DNA of 64,000 nucleotides from Octopus vulgaris (GCA_951406725.2 OX597816.1:158162001-158226000); one strand, 5' to 3'. Counted from the stretch's first letter, positions 14,296-28,512 are shown. Notes: generated by a model from the sequence alone, not told the origin. A program made the numbers and translations.

Positions 14296-14592
14296 TGCCG
14301 AGCAACCCACACGATGTTGCTGAACAGAACAAGACCGGACGGCTGCCGCTGCCTCCAGGCAAAACAACAATATTTCACAGCTGAGTGAAGTGAAAATAGA
14401 GCGAAATTGGTTTCGAAGTTGTTCTATTTATGAAGTGAAGGGTTGTAACGAACAGATGCATTGGTGCTTATTTGTTGACAAGGAAATATTCATTCATCTT
14501 TTGGATTTAAACTGAGAGGTTGCTATAACGAAATAATCAGAACATCAGAAAAGAAATTATAAATTTTATCATAACATGGTCTCGTTTAAATG

Positions 14593-14635
<43 letters not shown>

Positions 14636-15378
14636 CACACTGTTATTTGTAATGACAACAGCTAGCATCGATCATAATTACAGCAATGATTCGTACTGAT
14701 CAGAATTACAACTATAACTGATTTCACTGTAGTCTGGAAAGGTCTGTGTTCGTGGGTTTCTGCAGGTCCTTTGAGACCGGTGAGGCCGACACGGTTTATA
14801 AGTTGATCAAAAAACAGAGACGAGTCAGCGAGAGAGACTCTATGCCAGTGGTACACAAGCTGACAAATTTTAGTCAACACACACACACAAAATTCCCTTC
14901 GTCACTTTATTAATGAAAGGGTAAAATAGAGTTTGCATCCAAATTCCCCTTTTTTTGGCTATAGTGTTGGAACAGTTAAAATGTTTAAAAACATTTTAAT
15001 TTTATTAAGCACAGCAAATTTGTCCCCATACACGCAGCCCCTTACCTGTAAACACACTACGTAATCGCACTATCCGCCAGAAATAGCAGCCAAATTTCCC
15101 AACTCCACCGTCTTCATAAAAAAGGCCATATTGAATAATCTGGCTCTATGCCAGAAAAAAAGACGGTGATGCTCACAGCTTTGACGCCTTTTGACCATAT
15201 TTTATGGGGCTCAACAACAAGAATAAGGAAGGGAATTACAGTAAGGGTTCCTGGATTGAAAGGCAGAATCGGTTATCATGGAAACATTAATCTATTGAAT
15301 TAAAGTAACAGGCGTAATGAAATAATTAGAACAAGAGTTTTATCTTGACAGAACATGCTTTATATACTTTCTTTTACA

Positions 15379-15791
15379 TGTAATAGAAGCCACTGCAGGA
15401 AGGAGACCAATATATGGGAGACAAGAAAATAAGAGATGAGTGGGTGAGAGATGTCTGATTGGAAATGGCGGGAGAGCAACCAGCTTTGAGAAGAGGCCAT
15501 CGTAGTAGCGGTATAAAATGTATACAGAGTCGACAGCACATCTGTGAGCCAAAGGATTGAATGAGCTAGTGAGCGCCCTGTATTACAATCAGACGAATGG
15601 CCTCTGGATGTAGTCTCTAGGCTGTTTGCATGTACAGCAGCAGCATCGCATCAAATGTGGGAGCAACACTTTAGAAGGGATCTCACACGAACTTAGTAGA
15701 AGGCTCGTAGTTGTTGTTGGGGGATGAAGTATTTCCTGATCCCGAAATAAAAGACCAGCCTTTATTGTGTCAAATGTTCGTTGCGTTACCA
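15379..15791 (+). mobile_element. Probable solo LTR (Gypsy-like), 413 bp
   Basis: TGTAA...TTACCA termini flanked by the 4-bp direct repeat TACA (15375-15378, 15792-15795); internal ATTGG at 15458, TATAAAA at 15512 and AATAAA at 15746 in LTR order. Confidence 0.6.
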
Positions 15792-17869
15792 TACATAATA
15801 CAGAGACGAAGTTTTTTTTGTTACAGCAGTTTTATTCAGTATTTTTTTCTAAGCACTCACTCAAATTGCTAAAAAAATAACCGCCAGGATCTCCCTAAAA
15901 TTCACAGCCCCTCCTAACGTTTTATGAAATAATATAGGCAAACAAGCTGAAAAAACAAGCTTGTCATTCCTGGAATGGATTTTATCATTGATCAAAGGTG
16001 ACTCGGAATTAACATAAAAGCTCTGTGTCACCGCTCGATTTGTTAGAAACTGCAACCGAATCTCCACAAATAAGGCTGGCCATGGGCGAAACAATATAAG
16101 AGTGAGGGAATATATTAAAGAAACTCGTATGCAAGTCAGTCGCATAGGTCTTTTAGTGTAACAGACAAATCTTAGTAAAGAAAGCCTTAATATATTTAAA
16201 AGAAGGGTGACATATTGCAATTCTTGTATCATAGGTAGGTAGCTTGTTTCAACAATAATAAAAACAGGGTGGCAACAACTAGATACTACATGAATGGTTC
16301 TTCTAACGACTTCCTTGTTGTTACACATCCATTCAAGCAAAACGAATAATTTAATAATAAAGAGAGCCTTTTCAGTGGGTTTCTAACATATTCTAATTTT
16401 TTTTTTTTTTTTACAAAGGAATCTTTTTAGTTTCTTTTGCTGATAGGGGTAACCCTGAAGATGTGCTTTTAGAGACATTAGTAGCAGTATCACCACTTTC
16501 GACTGTGTCTAAATATGAAGATCCATTTAACTAAAAACTATATTGACAATTACGGAGATGTACTTGAAGGTAATCAGAATAAGGAAACAATTCTAATTGC
16601 AAGAATTAATAATAACTACAGCATTAATGTAGCAATCGCAACAGCAGTATTAATATAGAAACGGCAATTTGAAACTTATCGCAATACTGTTATTAATATA
16701 TCAATACTAATATAACCACTGTGTTAATGTAGAAACTATATTCAGAATATATTAGTTATAGTAAAATTAATGTCGAGGTATAGTAATCATATAAATAAAG
16801 AAAAAAAGTAGAAATAGTAGTATTCAAAAGAAAATGGTATCAGTAATATTAAATGTAATACTAAACCCAATACCCCAATACTAATCGAAATAATATTAAT
16901 CTTAACAACAGGTCTTAGCTATTGATCAAACTATCGATATTGGAGGTGCTAACGGGAAACGACTTGCGCAAAAACTATAAAAATGAGTTCTTAATTTTGA
17001 AGGACAGTCGTTAATTAGCACAGTATGGATAATTAAGGAAGCTTATCAAAGAAAAGAAATTAGGAATATTCGCCAAATGAAAGTTGTATTGATCGATCGG
17101 CAAGTAAGAACTTTGGCATTTGCGAGACTAGAACTACCTGCAATGACGGGAGTGGGTAGGGAGAAAGCGGTGCTGAAAAATTTAAGAATGTCTTTACAGC
17201 CAGGAAACAGAAAATAGGTTTTACATACTCATTCGCTCCACCTCTTCCTAAATAAATTTATAGAAATCATACCTGTACTTTCGAGTTTGAGTCTGTTTGG
17301 AGAGAGTGAGAGTGAGTGCGATAATATTACAAATACGTTTGTTTTTCTTTTCCTGATTCTACCCTTGTACATATATTTGAAGAAAAAAATAGGAAATCCA
17401 CTGCCTTGGAGATCGGATTTAATTTATGAATAAATTCAACTGTTAGTTGTTTATTTCCCATAAACACAGTTTAATTGTGGGTTACTGTTCAAAGACAACA
17501 AACGTAATAAAGACCAACTGTCAACTGCTACCACATTAGACCTGTCTTAAGATATTACGACTTGCCATATAGCATTGACCGGGTTTTTTTGTTTTTTTTA
17601 ACTATACACACAGAGGACAAGTGCATACAAATGGAATTTTCTAAATCACATCGAACAACACTCAGATCTACAGCAAGATAAATTGAAAAAAAAAAACAAA
17701 CAAATTTTACACACACATTTGTGCGTATAGCAGAACAGAAGTAGAACTCAGCAACAATATTTTTTTTTTCTATTTGGCAATCAGTAGGGATTTACAAGAA
17801 TTTCGTGTATGTTGCTTGCCACAAGTTATGTATGCGTGAAAGTTTCAGCCCTTTTGTAACTATGTGCAC

Positions 17870-17886
17870 GCATACATACATACATA

Positions 17887-17930
<44 letters not shown>

Positions 17931-18245
17931 ATACATACATACACACACATATATATTTACACGTACATATATATTTACCCATATATATATATATAAACAT
18001 ATACACATATATATATATACACACATATATACATGTATATACACATATATATATATATATACATATATATACACATACATATATATATACACATATATAC
18101 ACACACATATACACATACATATATACACACATATACACATACATATATACACACATATATATACACATACATATATACACACATATATATACACATACAT
18201 ATATACACACATATATATACACATACATATATACACATACATACA

Positions 18246-18281
<36 letters not shown>

Positions 18282-18620
18282 CACACATATATATACACAC
18301 ACATATATATATATACACATACATATATATATACACACATACATATATATATACACACATACATATATATATACACACATACATATATATATACACACAT
18401 ACATATATATATACACACATACATATATACACATATATACATACACATATATACACACACATATATATATATACACATACATATATATATATATATACAC
18501 ATACATATATATATATATACACATACATACATACATATATATATACATATACATACATATATACACATATACACATATATATATATATATATATACACAT
18601 ATATATATACATATATATAT
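17870..18620. repeat. Long compound (TA)/(CA) microsatellite
   Basis: Read directly; explains the 200-317 aa YIYI ORFs. Confidence 0.97.
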
Positions 18621-18904
18621 TGTTGTTGTTTGTTCCTTCTCGAGCCACACCTTGCTCATAAGGGCCGGTTTCCCGGTTTCCTTGGCGTATAGGTTCCCCA
18701 CCTGGACGGGACGCCGGTCCGTCGCATGTGAGCTGCTAGATGCAGGGGGAAAGAGTCAGCATAAGTTCACCATTACCTTCAGCCGGAGCCGCTTGGAGCT
18801 TAGGTGTTTCGCTCATAAACACACACATCGCCCAGTCTGAGATTCGAACCCGTAATACCTCGACTGCGAGTCCACTGCTTTAACCACTAGGCCATGTGCC
18901 TCCA
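18621..18904 (-). mobile_element. tRNA-headed SINE family E
   Basis: Minus strand head tggaggcacatggcctagtggttaaagcagtggactcgcagtcgagg...gggttcgaatc (A box and B box), (AAC)n tail; second copy at 47040-47340. Confidence 0.9.
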
Positions 18905-19562
18905 TACATATATATACATATACATACATATATATACATATAATTCTTCTGCCCCTCTGCTTCTACCTCTCTCTCTTCTCTTCCCAATTGACCAATCAGC
19001 CAGCCTGCTATTTCTTTCTTGGTCTGACTGTGGTCTGTGCAACATTGATATTCTTCCCTGTGTTTGTGAAAATTTTGTATCTCTGCCATAAGGCTTCATT
19101 TCCACACGCGCCAGCTTCATTCAATTCATCCTTAGTCGAAAGACACCTGTTATTATATCCTATTATTATTTTTATTGTATTAATATTTGTGTAACATTGT
19201 CCGTTTTTTCCATCCTTGTTTTTGTATGCATTCGCTGCTTTCTTCCAAGGAATATAATGCTCTTAGCTTAGTTTTTCCTTGGGGCTGGCCAGATTGGAGC
19301 AATCTCAGGAATAATCAGCCGAAATTGCGAGGATAATCTGGTTCTTGACTGAAGATAGAAAACTTCAAATGACCCGTCCTCCTTTTCTTTGTATCATCTA
19401 TCTAGATGTTTTGTTGTCCCTTTTTGTATCACCTAGTTGTCCGGATGTTTTGCGTTCCTGTCTCATATTGTATTTTATATATATATATATACATACACAC
19501 ACACATTCATATACACATATATACACACACACACACACATATATATATATACATATTTTTTT

Positions 19563-19962
19563 CTCTATTTTACTTGTTTCAGTCATTTGACTGTGGCCAT
19601 GCTGGAGCACTGCCTTTAGTCGAGCAAATTGACCCCAAGACATATTCTTTGTAAGCCTAGTACTTATTCTATCGGTCTCTTTTGCCGAACCAACCGCAAA
19701 GTTACGGGGACCAGCATCAGTTGTCAAGCAATGTTGGGGTGGGGGGGACAAACACAGACACACAGACATATATACATACATATATATATATATATATATA
19801 CGACTGGCTTCTTTCAGTTTCCGCCTACCAAATCCACTCACAAGGTTTTGGTCGGCCTGAAGCTATAGTAGAAGACACTTGCCCGTGGTGCCACGCAGTG
19901 GGACTGAACCCGGAACCATGTGGTTGGTAAGCAAGCTACTTACGACAAAGCCACTCCTGCAC
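19563..19962 (-). mobile_element. SINE family B, full length
   Basis: Colinear with 3625-4020 and 41948-42450, with an internal (TA)/(CA) tract. Confidence 0.9.
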
Positions 19963-22029
19963 CTACATATTCATATATATATATTCATATACATATATAT
20001 TTATATATACATATACATATTTATATATATATTTTTATATATACATATTTAAATATATATTTCTATATACATATACATATTTATATATATATATATTGCT
20101 ATATACATATATATATATATACAAACACACACACATATATCATAAAACACTTATTTATAACAATATAAAATACCATTATATCTATTTACAATACCTTATT
20201 TATATATATGTGTGTGAGTATATATATATATGACATAGAAAATACTATTTACTTATTTTCTTTATGGGCAATACACTTAACTTGTCACCCAGTTCTACAC
20301 CATCAACTGTAACCTTATGTGCCTTTAGCAGAGTCCATTCTCTTGCTAGCATTTGTGTCAGGCTTCCTCCCAATGTTGGAGGCCCCAGATCATTAGCACT
20401 GCTTCCCTTCACTTACTAAAAGATACAAAAATAGAAAAAAATATATGTAATTATATATATATATATATAAACATATATATATATAATTGCCTACATCTAT
20501 TTAATACTTAAATACATAATTATATATGTAACACATATATGACATACGTATATAATCATATGTATGTGTGTGTCATTATCATTTTAATGTTCCCTTTTCT
20601 ATGCTTGGATGTGTCATGTGTGCGTGTGTATATATATATATACACACACACATACACATTTGTATGTATGTGTGTATATATATATATGTGTGTGTATGAG
20701 TATATATACCTGTGTGTATATGTGTACAGACATGTATATATACACACATATATATATTTATATATATATATATACACACATGTATGCGTATATATATATA
20801 TATATATATATGTATCTATATATATATATGTGTGTACAGACATGTAGACATACACACACACACACATATATATAAATATATATATATATTCACATACATA
20901 TAAGACCTATCCTTTTATGCCCTGTTAATGAACTTTAATCCATTACTCATTGATAATCTGGATATACCATCCTAGATTTATGTGTCTCACACAATGGCAG
21001 GGTGTTTAATCTCCAATGCCTGTCGAGATTACAGTCGACTATCCCTTACACTGGTCGGACAAACTCATATGTAACATGGCACTTTCAAATTAGTTACCTC
21101 TCCATATGAAAAACTGCCCCTGAAAAACCATACCCTACAGAATGCTGGCTAACTAACGCCAGCATCTTGTCTGTTTTACCACATGCAGTATTCAGTGCAC
21201 CAGCTCAAGTCACTGAAATCTTATGCCCTGCAGAATGCTAACAGATGCTAACATCCTGTCAGTTCTATCATGTGGGGCTTCCAATAAAACTGACGTTGCT
21301 AAGCTAGCTCAAACAACCACAGGACCCGAACTGACAAATGTAGCCCTAAATACTTTCACATAGAAGGCATTTAAAAATTTCTTTTAAATTCTCTTTACTC
21401 TAGTTCTGAACACAAGATGAAGTGTTTGAAGCCCACAAGGTTTTAAGCAATGTGGAGGTGATAAATGTGTGTGTGTGTCATATATATGATTATAAATATA
21501 CATACATATATATATATAATTTAACATGTCTTCCATGTTGACATACACACACACACACACATATATATATATAATTTAACATCTGTCTTCCATGTTGATA
21601 TACACACACATATATATATATATAATTTAACATCTGTCTTCTATGTTCACACATACACAACAAATTCAGCATAAACAATAAATTCTTTGAAGAAATCTAA
21701 CCCTCATCAGAGCCAAAAACCCAATGGAGAACGGGTTCAAAACAATAAAAATACAAGGTATATAAAGTTCACAATGAAAAACATATACAAATAAGCAAAC
21801 ACAACAAGCACACATCCTACCTTCAATTGCCAAACAGATATCATAACGATGACACCTGGGCAGTGCCATCAAATGCGACAACAATGGCAGCACCAAAAAT
21901 ATAAATACAGTTTGTGAATAGCAGACAAGAAGCAGGTCCAATCAATGAGTTCTTTAAAGTTAACACCTGCTTACAGTAACAAAAACATAAATACAAACAC
22001 CTAGATCATTCTACACACACGCATCTTGT

Positions 22030-22380
22030 CTTTTCGTTGTTCTAGTCTTTGGACTGCAGCCTTGCTGGGGTACTATCTTCAAGGGCTTAGTCAATCAAAC
22101 TGACCCCAGTACATATTCTTCAAGTCTGGTATTTATTCCACCAGCCTCTGTTATTGAATCACTAAGTTAACAGGTATGTAAACAAACCAGCAGTTGTCAA
22201 GCTGTGGTAGGGGACAAACATAATAACAGGTTCCTTTCATCTTCTGTCGATCAAATCCATTTGCAAGGCCTTTGGTTGGCTTGGGGGCTATAATTGAACA
22301 CTTGCACAAGGTGACAGCATGGGACTGAACCAGGATCCATGAGGTTGAGAAGCAAACTTCTTACCACATAGCCACACCTA
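22030..22380 (-). mobile_element. SINE family B, older diverged copy
   Basis: gactgcagccttgctgggg...gggactgaacc...cttcttaccacatagccacacct. Confidence 0.75.
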
Positions 22381-22759
22381 TCAGTCTACACAGAACACAT
22401 ACCAGAAAATTCTTGAATCAACGATTGAAGAATTCAGAAATCAAAAACTCTATATGAGTTATATTTAACTGTAAATCAAAGAATTGTCGTTTTATTACTA
22501 TTTTAGAGATTTAATGTTATAGAAAACAGTCTCCATTTCTGTTAAATTCATGAATAGGTCCTTAGAAACAAACAAAAAAATGATTTTCGTTCAGAGGAAA
22601 TGCTAATGAATTATTCCAAAAAATTTGGGGGGTTTTTTTTTCAGTAAGTGTTATTTTAAAATCAAATTCAACTTAAATATTATTGTCCATTCAGAACCCA
22701 TCCACCCCAGCAGAATAAATATCCTAAAACCACTTTGGCAATGGTTGTTCATGAGGAAC

Positions 22760-23440
22760 ACTGATGCTTGTGCCATGTAAAAAGCACTGGTACTGGTGTC
22801 ACATAAAAAGCACTGGTGATGGTGCCATGTACAAAGCACTGGTGATGGTGCCACGTAAAAAGCACTGGTGATGATCCCACGTAAAAAGCACTGGTGATGG
22901 TGCCACGTGCAAGGCACTGGTGATGGTGCCATTTAAAAAGCACTGGTGATGGTGCCACGTAAAAAGCACTGGTGATGATGCCACGTAAAAAGCACTGGTG
23001 ATGGTGCCACGTGCAAGGCACTGGTGATGGTGCCATTTAAAAAGCACTGGTGATGGTGCCACGTAAAAAGCACTGGTGATGATGCCACATAAAAAGCACT
23101 GGTGATGGTGCCACGTGCAAGGCACTGGTGATGGTGCCATTTAAAAAGCACTGGTGATGGTGCCACGTACAAAGCACTGATGATGGTGCCATTTAAAAAG
23201 CATGGTGAAGGTACCACGTAAAAAGCACTGGTAATGGTGCCACGTATAAAGCACTGGTGATGGTACCACATAAAAAGCACCCAGTACACTCTGTAAAGTG
23301 GTTAGTGTTAAGGGCATCCAACTGTGGACACCAAACCAAACCAGACTATGGAACCTGATGCAATGCCTGGCCTTACCAGCTCCTATCAAACTGGCCAACC
23401 CATGCCAGTATGGAAAATAGATGTATGCTGATGATGATGA
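22760..23440 (+). repeat. 26-bp minisatellite (about 20 units, with a 104-bp higher-order repeat) at the head of an RTE-tail (family C) element
   Basis: Unit ccacgtaaaaagcactggtgatggtg; the array runs into aaaaagcacccagtacactctgtaaagtggtt...ccaacccatgccag...gatgatgat. Confidence 0.92.
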
Positions 23441-24124
23441 TTCAGACCTCATTTGAACTACAATAAAATTCTTTTCTTCTTCCCCTCTTTTAACTTCACT
23501 TGATCATAATGTTTATAAAATAGAAATATCGAAAAAAAAAATTATTATAGCATGTTTCTAAATGACTACTTAATAGGATTTGCCTGACAAGTCCCTACTT
23601 TGTTACGGTCCCTACTTTATTAGGGTCCCTACTTTGCTGCAAGAATACTCACTTGTGTTCTGATTTTGAATTTTCAGTCTACCAATGTATATATTTGCTC
23701 ACAAATTAGACATTTGATTTAATACAATAAGCAATGTCTCTTTTTACAGCTCACATTTGCATATGTGGATATTTTTCTTCCAGTCTCTGTGTTGATATAG
23801 TAACCAGCATTTATAAGTTGATATACAAGCACAATGCCTGTCAATGCTCTAAGCTATTGTGAAGTTTTTTATTGCCATTGTTTAAATCAAACTTTGCCTT
23901 TATCAATAACAGTTTCAAGTTTTTCAAATGTCATTTGCTATGAACAAGAATCTGATTGGAAACTAAATCCTTTAATTTATTACTTTGTATGATAATAAGT
24001 TAAGTCTGCCTTGACAACATGAAAAATCTCTTGATTACATGGATTATGTATCATTACAAAAGCTTCTATATGTATGTATTTTGTATACTATGGAGAATGT
24101 CGTTAATATGGATTGAATTCTTTT

Positions 24125-24498
24125 ATCTTTTATCAGTCATTAGATTGCAGCTAGGGTACTGCCTTGAAGAATTTTTACTCAAAAGAATAAGCCTAAGTAC
24201 CTTTTTTTTTTAAAGCCTAATACTTATCCTATCAGACTCCTCTGTTGTATTGCTAAGTTATGGAAATGTAAACACACCAACACTGGTTGTCAAGCAGTGG
24301 TGGGGGACAAACAGACAGACACACACGTTCCACAAACACACACATATACAAAGGGCTTTTTCAGTTTCCATCTACCAAATCCACTCACAAGGCTTTGGTT
24401 AGCCTGAGTCTATAGTAGAAGACATTAGCCTAAGGTGCTACACAGTAAGACTGAACTCAGAACCATGGGGTTGGGAAGCAACCACACAGCCACACCTG
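24125..24498 (-). mobile_element. SINE family B, diverged
   Basis: cagtttccatctaccaaatccactcacaaggctttgg...gactgaactcagaaccatg. Confidence 0.8.
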
Positions 24499-25657
24499 TT
24501 CAAAATTATTCTATAAGTATTTGCTTTGTACAATCTATATCATTTTGTATAAGTAATGATAAATATTTTTGTTTGGGTAGAAATCCACTTGCTATTCTCA
24601 ATAACAGTGCAATTCCTTTGACAAGACAGTATGGAATGTTATGTTCTCTGTATACTGGATGGCATCAGGTACTGACAAGTGTGTGTCTTTCTCATGATAT
24701 ATATATATATATATATATCCATTGGTCAGAAAAGTCATAAAAAAATCTTGATGACTCATGCCTAATATAGACAAAATCAGTATAAAAATCTATACAATGA
24801 TGCCATCAAGCTGCTACAGTTGTTATGTAAACATTTACCAAAAGATTATTATAAAACCTGAAAGTACTAGTGAAAATACAAAAATAAAGTGTGAAAATCC
24901 AGTTATATTTGAATTTGATTGACACATACATATGTGTGTGTATATGTATATATACATGCATGTACACATGGAGTGGATGGTTAGACAGAGTGGATCTAAC
25001 AAGTTAGAGGACCACATTTTGTTCCAGTGATACAATTTGGGCATAGTTTCTGCAGCTGTATACTCTGCCCAATAACAATTACTTTTTTATATGGTACACT
25101 GGGCTTTTGTGTGTGTGTGTGGCACCAACATTGGTGAGGTTGCCTTGTAACTCACAAGACTAAAAAGCTCTCTTGTCCACGAAGAAGAATAGGAAATAAA
25201 GTGGTCATTTTATGTGATATGCTGAGCAGTTAATAAATGATAGGAGCAGCCACAATATGTTTGGTGTGAAGGAGATCCATTGGCTACTTTGCATTTTACA
25301 TAGGTAGATGGGATTTTACAAAGGGAGCTAAATAAGAACAGCAATGAGTAGCCAAAACATAGCCTCAAAAATTTACATGAAGATGAATCGAAGAAAGCAT
25401 GAAAGGGACTCAGCAGTGGTGGGTAAGGTTGCAGGAGTACAAAAATGACTAGATGGAGGTGACTAATTGTAAATATGGAGGGGGCAAGGTTATGATGTCA
25501 AATGGGTGTAGCCAAAAGGAAAGGAAGTGGTGACTGGCAGTATAGAAAAGGTAATATGAAATGCTTTGCAATAACAGATTCTAATGTCATAAGTTGCAAT
25601 AGCAGAATACAGTAGATAGGAGTGTGATGGGGGAATATATATGTGAGTGTGTATGTA

Positions 25658-25861
25658 TGAGGGTGTGCTAAAAGTTTCTGATTTTAAGGGTGTCACTAAA
25701 GGCCTAGCTGGAGGCCCAACATTCTGAGTTCTTTTACAGGGGTTAGAGAAACTAAAGGACCACAGTGTGTGAATATGAGGAATATGTTGAATAAAATTAT
25801 AATTAACTGATCCTCCTGTATTTTCTTTTACCCAAAGTCAGGAACTTTCAGCAACCCCTCG
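25658..25861 (+). mobile_element. Mariner-derived MITE
   Basis: TIR-like ends tgagggtgtgctaaaagtttctg / caggaactttcagcaacccctcg, with TA on the left; the internal remnant resembles the mariner transposase C-terminus (GLEKLKD...EYVE*). Confidence 0.75.
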
Positions 25862-26423
25862 TGTGTGTGTGTGTGTGTATACATTACATATATAGTATCC
25901 TCATTATTTTACTTTCCATGCTGGTTTGATTGGTTTGGGAGGACCATTTTTCTAAATATTTACATTTATTCCAGTAATTCTGATTCGTGCTCTGTTGTGC
26001 ATAAAATACATACATACTTTAACAAATGATGAGCTGTCAAAAGTACATATATGCAAATGAAGCTACTCTACCATTGATAAGCAAATTTCCGACTGCTATA
26101 TATAATACTTGAATATTCTACGTTATTGATTGTCAAAGGTAACCGGGTATGTCCTTTCGGAAGAGCAGCCAACAAACCATGAAACAGCTGCTAGGAGACT
26201 CTCTCACTCAGTTTTTCCACACAACAAAATCACAGATGGAGTGTGTTTACATCCCTATTTCTCTCACAGCTAGGCTTTCTAATATTTATTGCAGTACTTG
26301 TGACATATATGTGCCTGTTGAATTTATACATGTGTGTGTTCCATATTACCTTATATATTATGTACGCGTACGAGATATATAAACTTGGAGTGTGTTTCTC
26401 TTTCGGATTTATGATTTACTGAC

Positions 26424-26460
<37 letters not shown>

Positions 26461-26470
26461 AGAGAGAGAG

Positions 26471-26528
26471 TAGAAGCAACAGAGTGACTCAAGGTCCGAG
26501 AGTTTCGTGCATTGGCACATGATCAAAC
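26471..26528 (-). ncRNA. Degenerate hammerhead-like motif, half-copy of the 28212-28337 element
   Basis: Minus strand gtTTGATCAt-GTGCcaatGCAC-GAA-ACTCtcggaccttGAGT-C-ACT: stems II and III, GAAA and the GUC site are present, but the CUGANGA box is altered. Confidence 0.45.
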
Positions 26529-27835
26529 ATTATATATACATATGTGTACATAACATAATACACAGACCCACACATATTGCATACATACCCTGCATTCATA
26601 CATATCTATTGTATCTATTGTATTATATACATACACACATCATTTGCATGATAAATACATACATTACATTAAAAACACAAATATATTGCCTAATAGATAT
26701 AGAAATATCTTAGACAGATACGGCTTCATGTATCTGTCTAAGACATATCCATAATGCATTTTATACATATAAATTGACATATTACATGGTACACACACAC
26801 ATACGTGTATGTGTGATTGTGTGTGTATATAAATATATATATATATTGATAGAGGGACAGAGAGCACTATATATGCACCCAAACATATATTACATTAAAT
26901 ATATAAATACATAGATTGCATTATACGTACATATATGTATACGCACACATTATATATGTAATATATTTATAAACATACATAAAATATATATACATGTAGT
27001 TTCCATTCGCACGTAAATACAAATAGTTGAACAGAAGAAGATCGAAAATACCTGAAATACTTGCTGGAAATTGCTTAATTTTTTTAACAGGTGCTGTATA
27101 ATCCGAAGCAAATTAGTGAACAGACGTTGTTTAACGGATAGGGTGTTCCTCTTAATATGGACCTTATTTTCGTTCCTTTTTCTCTTTCTTTATGTATTTT
27201 AAGCAAGGAAATTAATTTGCGGGAAGCTGGGTGTTTTAAAAAAAAAATAATAAAACGTATTCCTTCTTAAACAAAAGCTTTGATAAGAACAGTTTCGGTG
27301 ACGAAAGAAGGAAGGTAACGATGGTGCTAACGATCTTCAGCTCGTAACTGTAAAGAGAGAGGTAGAGGAGCGGGAGGAATAGGTATAAAGTGAATGAGGG
27401 AGCGAGAGGAGGAGGAGTAAGCGAGTGAGATACATAGAGAAAGAAAGCGGGAGTGAGTGAGCGATATAGACAGAGAATGAAGGAGGAGGGGAGTCGCTGA
27501 ATGAATGAGGAAGACCGCTGCTTGCTTCGTGTATGTGTGTGCATTTATATGTATCTGTGTGTGTGCGTGTGTGTGTTTATATGTATCTGCGTGTGTGTAT
27601 GTGTGTATTTATATGTATCTGCGTGTGTGTGTGTGTGTCACTCTTGCTTTTTGAACAGAAAGAGTTCCGAAAGAGTTGTTTTATTATTATTATTATATTT
27701 CTCTGTCAAATAACACCAGCGAAGGGACACAACTCTGCTTTTTGGCCTCTTGGAATTCCTGGAATGTTCTGTTCTCCCTTATCCGAAAATTCTCTCATCC
27801 ATTACCATTCCATCCAGAAAGGCACGCACACACAA

Positions 27836-27877
<42 letters not shown>

Positions 27878-27884
27878 TCACATT

Positions 27885-27932
<48 letters not shown>

Positions 27933-27934
27933 TT

Positions 27935-28043
<109 letters not shown>

Positions 28044-28173
28044 TCCAGCATGGCCACAGTCAAATGACTGAAACAAGTAAAAGAGTATATATGCACACAC
28101 ACTCATACATATATCTGTAATATGTGTGTATGTGTATTAAATGGTACTGGATGAGAGAATGTGTATGTGTGTG

Positions 28174-28204
<31 letters not shown>

Positions 28205-28211
28205 TAATATC

Positions 28212-28337
28212 AATATTTAGCAGAAGTAACAACAGATTGACGAGGTTCGTGCCTTGGCACTTTGCAAACTAGTTTGATAAGTGTCAACGCACGAAACTTT
28301 CGGACTTTGAGTTCCTCTGTTACTTCTGCTAAATATT
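28212..28337. mobile_element. 126-bp palindromic element containing head-to-head hammerhead-like motifs
   Basis: Perfect 20-bp terminal inverted repeat aatatttagcagaagtaaca; centre caaactagtttg; plus strand 28271-28316 reads AGT-TTGATAA-GTGtcaacgCAC-GAA-ACTTtcggacttt GAGT-T. Confidence 0.65.
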
Positions 28338-28398
28338 AATAAGAATATACATGTACTCATATTTAGAGTTCTATTTTTCCTCTTTACCTCGACATACC

Positions 28399-28417
28399 TA
28401 TATATATATATATATAT

Positions 28418-28512
<95 letters not shown>
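28399..28512. repeat. (TA)n-(GATA)n microsatellite
   Basis: Read directly. Confidence 0.97.

Noticed and set aside
15861-16340. 159-aa minus-strand ORF
   Set aside because: No recognisable motif, non-ATG start, composition typical of random AT-rich DNA
17826-18840. Long ORFs (up to 317 aa) rich in Y/I/H/T/V/C, with similar ones at 5204-5681, 27533-28120, 29137-29997 and 39020-39374
   Set aside because: They are translations of (TA)/(CA)/(TATG) microsatellites that lack stop codons in several frames
19345-19380. gaCTGAAGAtagaaaacttcaaatg and the similar 45900-45940 ctagaagaagcagtcaaaatgaccaaaac
   Set aside because: Would need several core substitutions to fit a hammerhead; not supportable from a single copy
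21680-21716. CTGATGA on the minus strand (ggctCTGATGAgggtt)
   Set aside because: No stem II partner or GAAA-NUH downstream; at most a truncated remnant
22760-23285. CRISPR-like appearance of the 26-bp repeat array
   Set aside because: Units are contiguous with no unique spacers, there are no cas genes, the context is eukaryotic, and the array runs into an RTE tail
28240-28300. Pre-miRNA candidate (cttggcac resembles the miR-96/263 seed)
   Set aside because: Almost loop-less palindrome, the rest of the sequence does not match the family as I recall it, and a second copy at 26471-26528 shows it is a repeat
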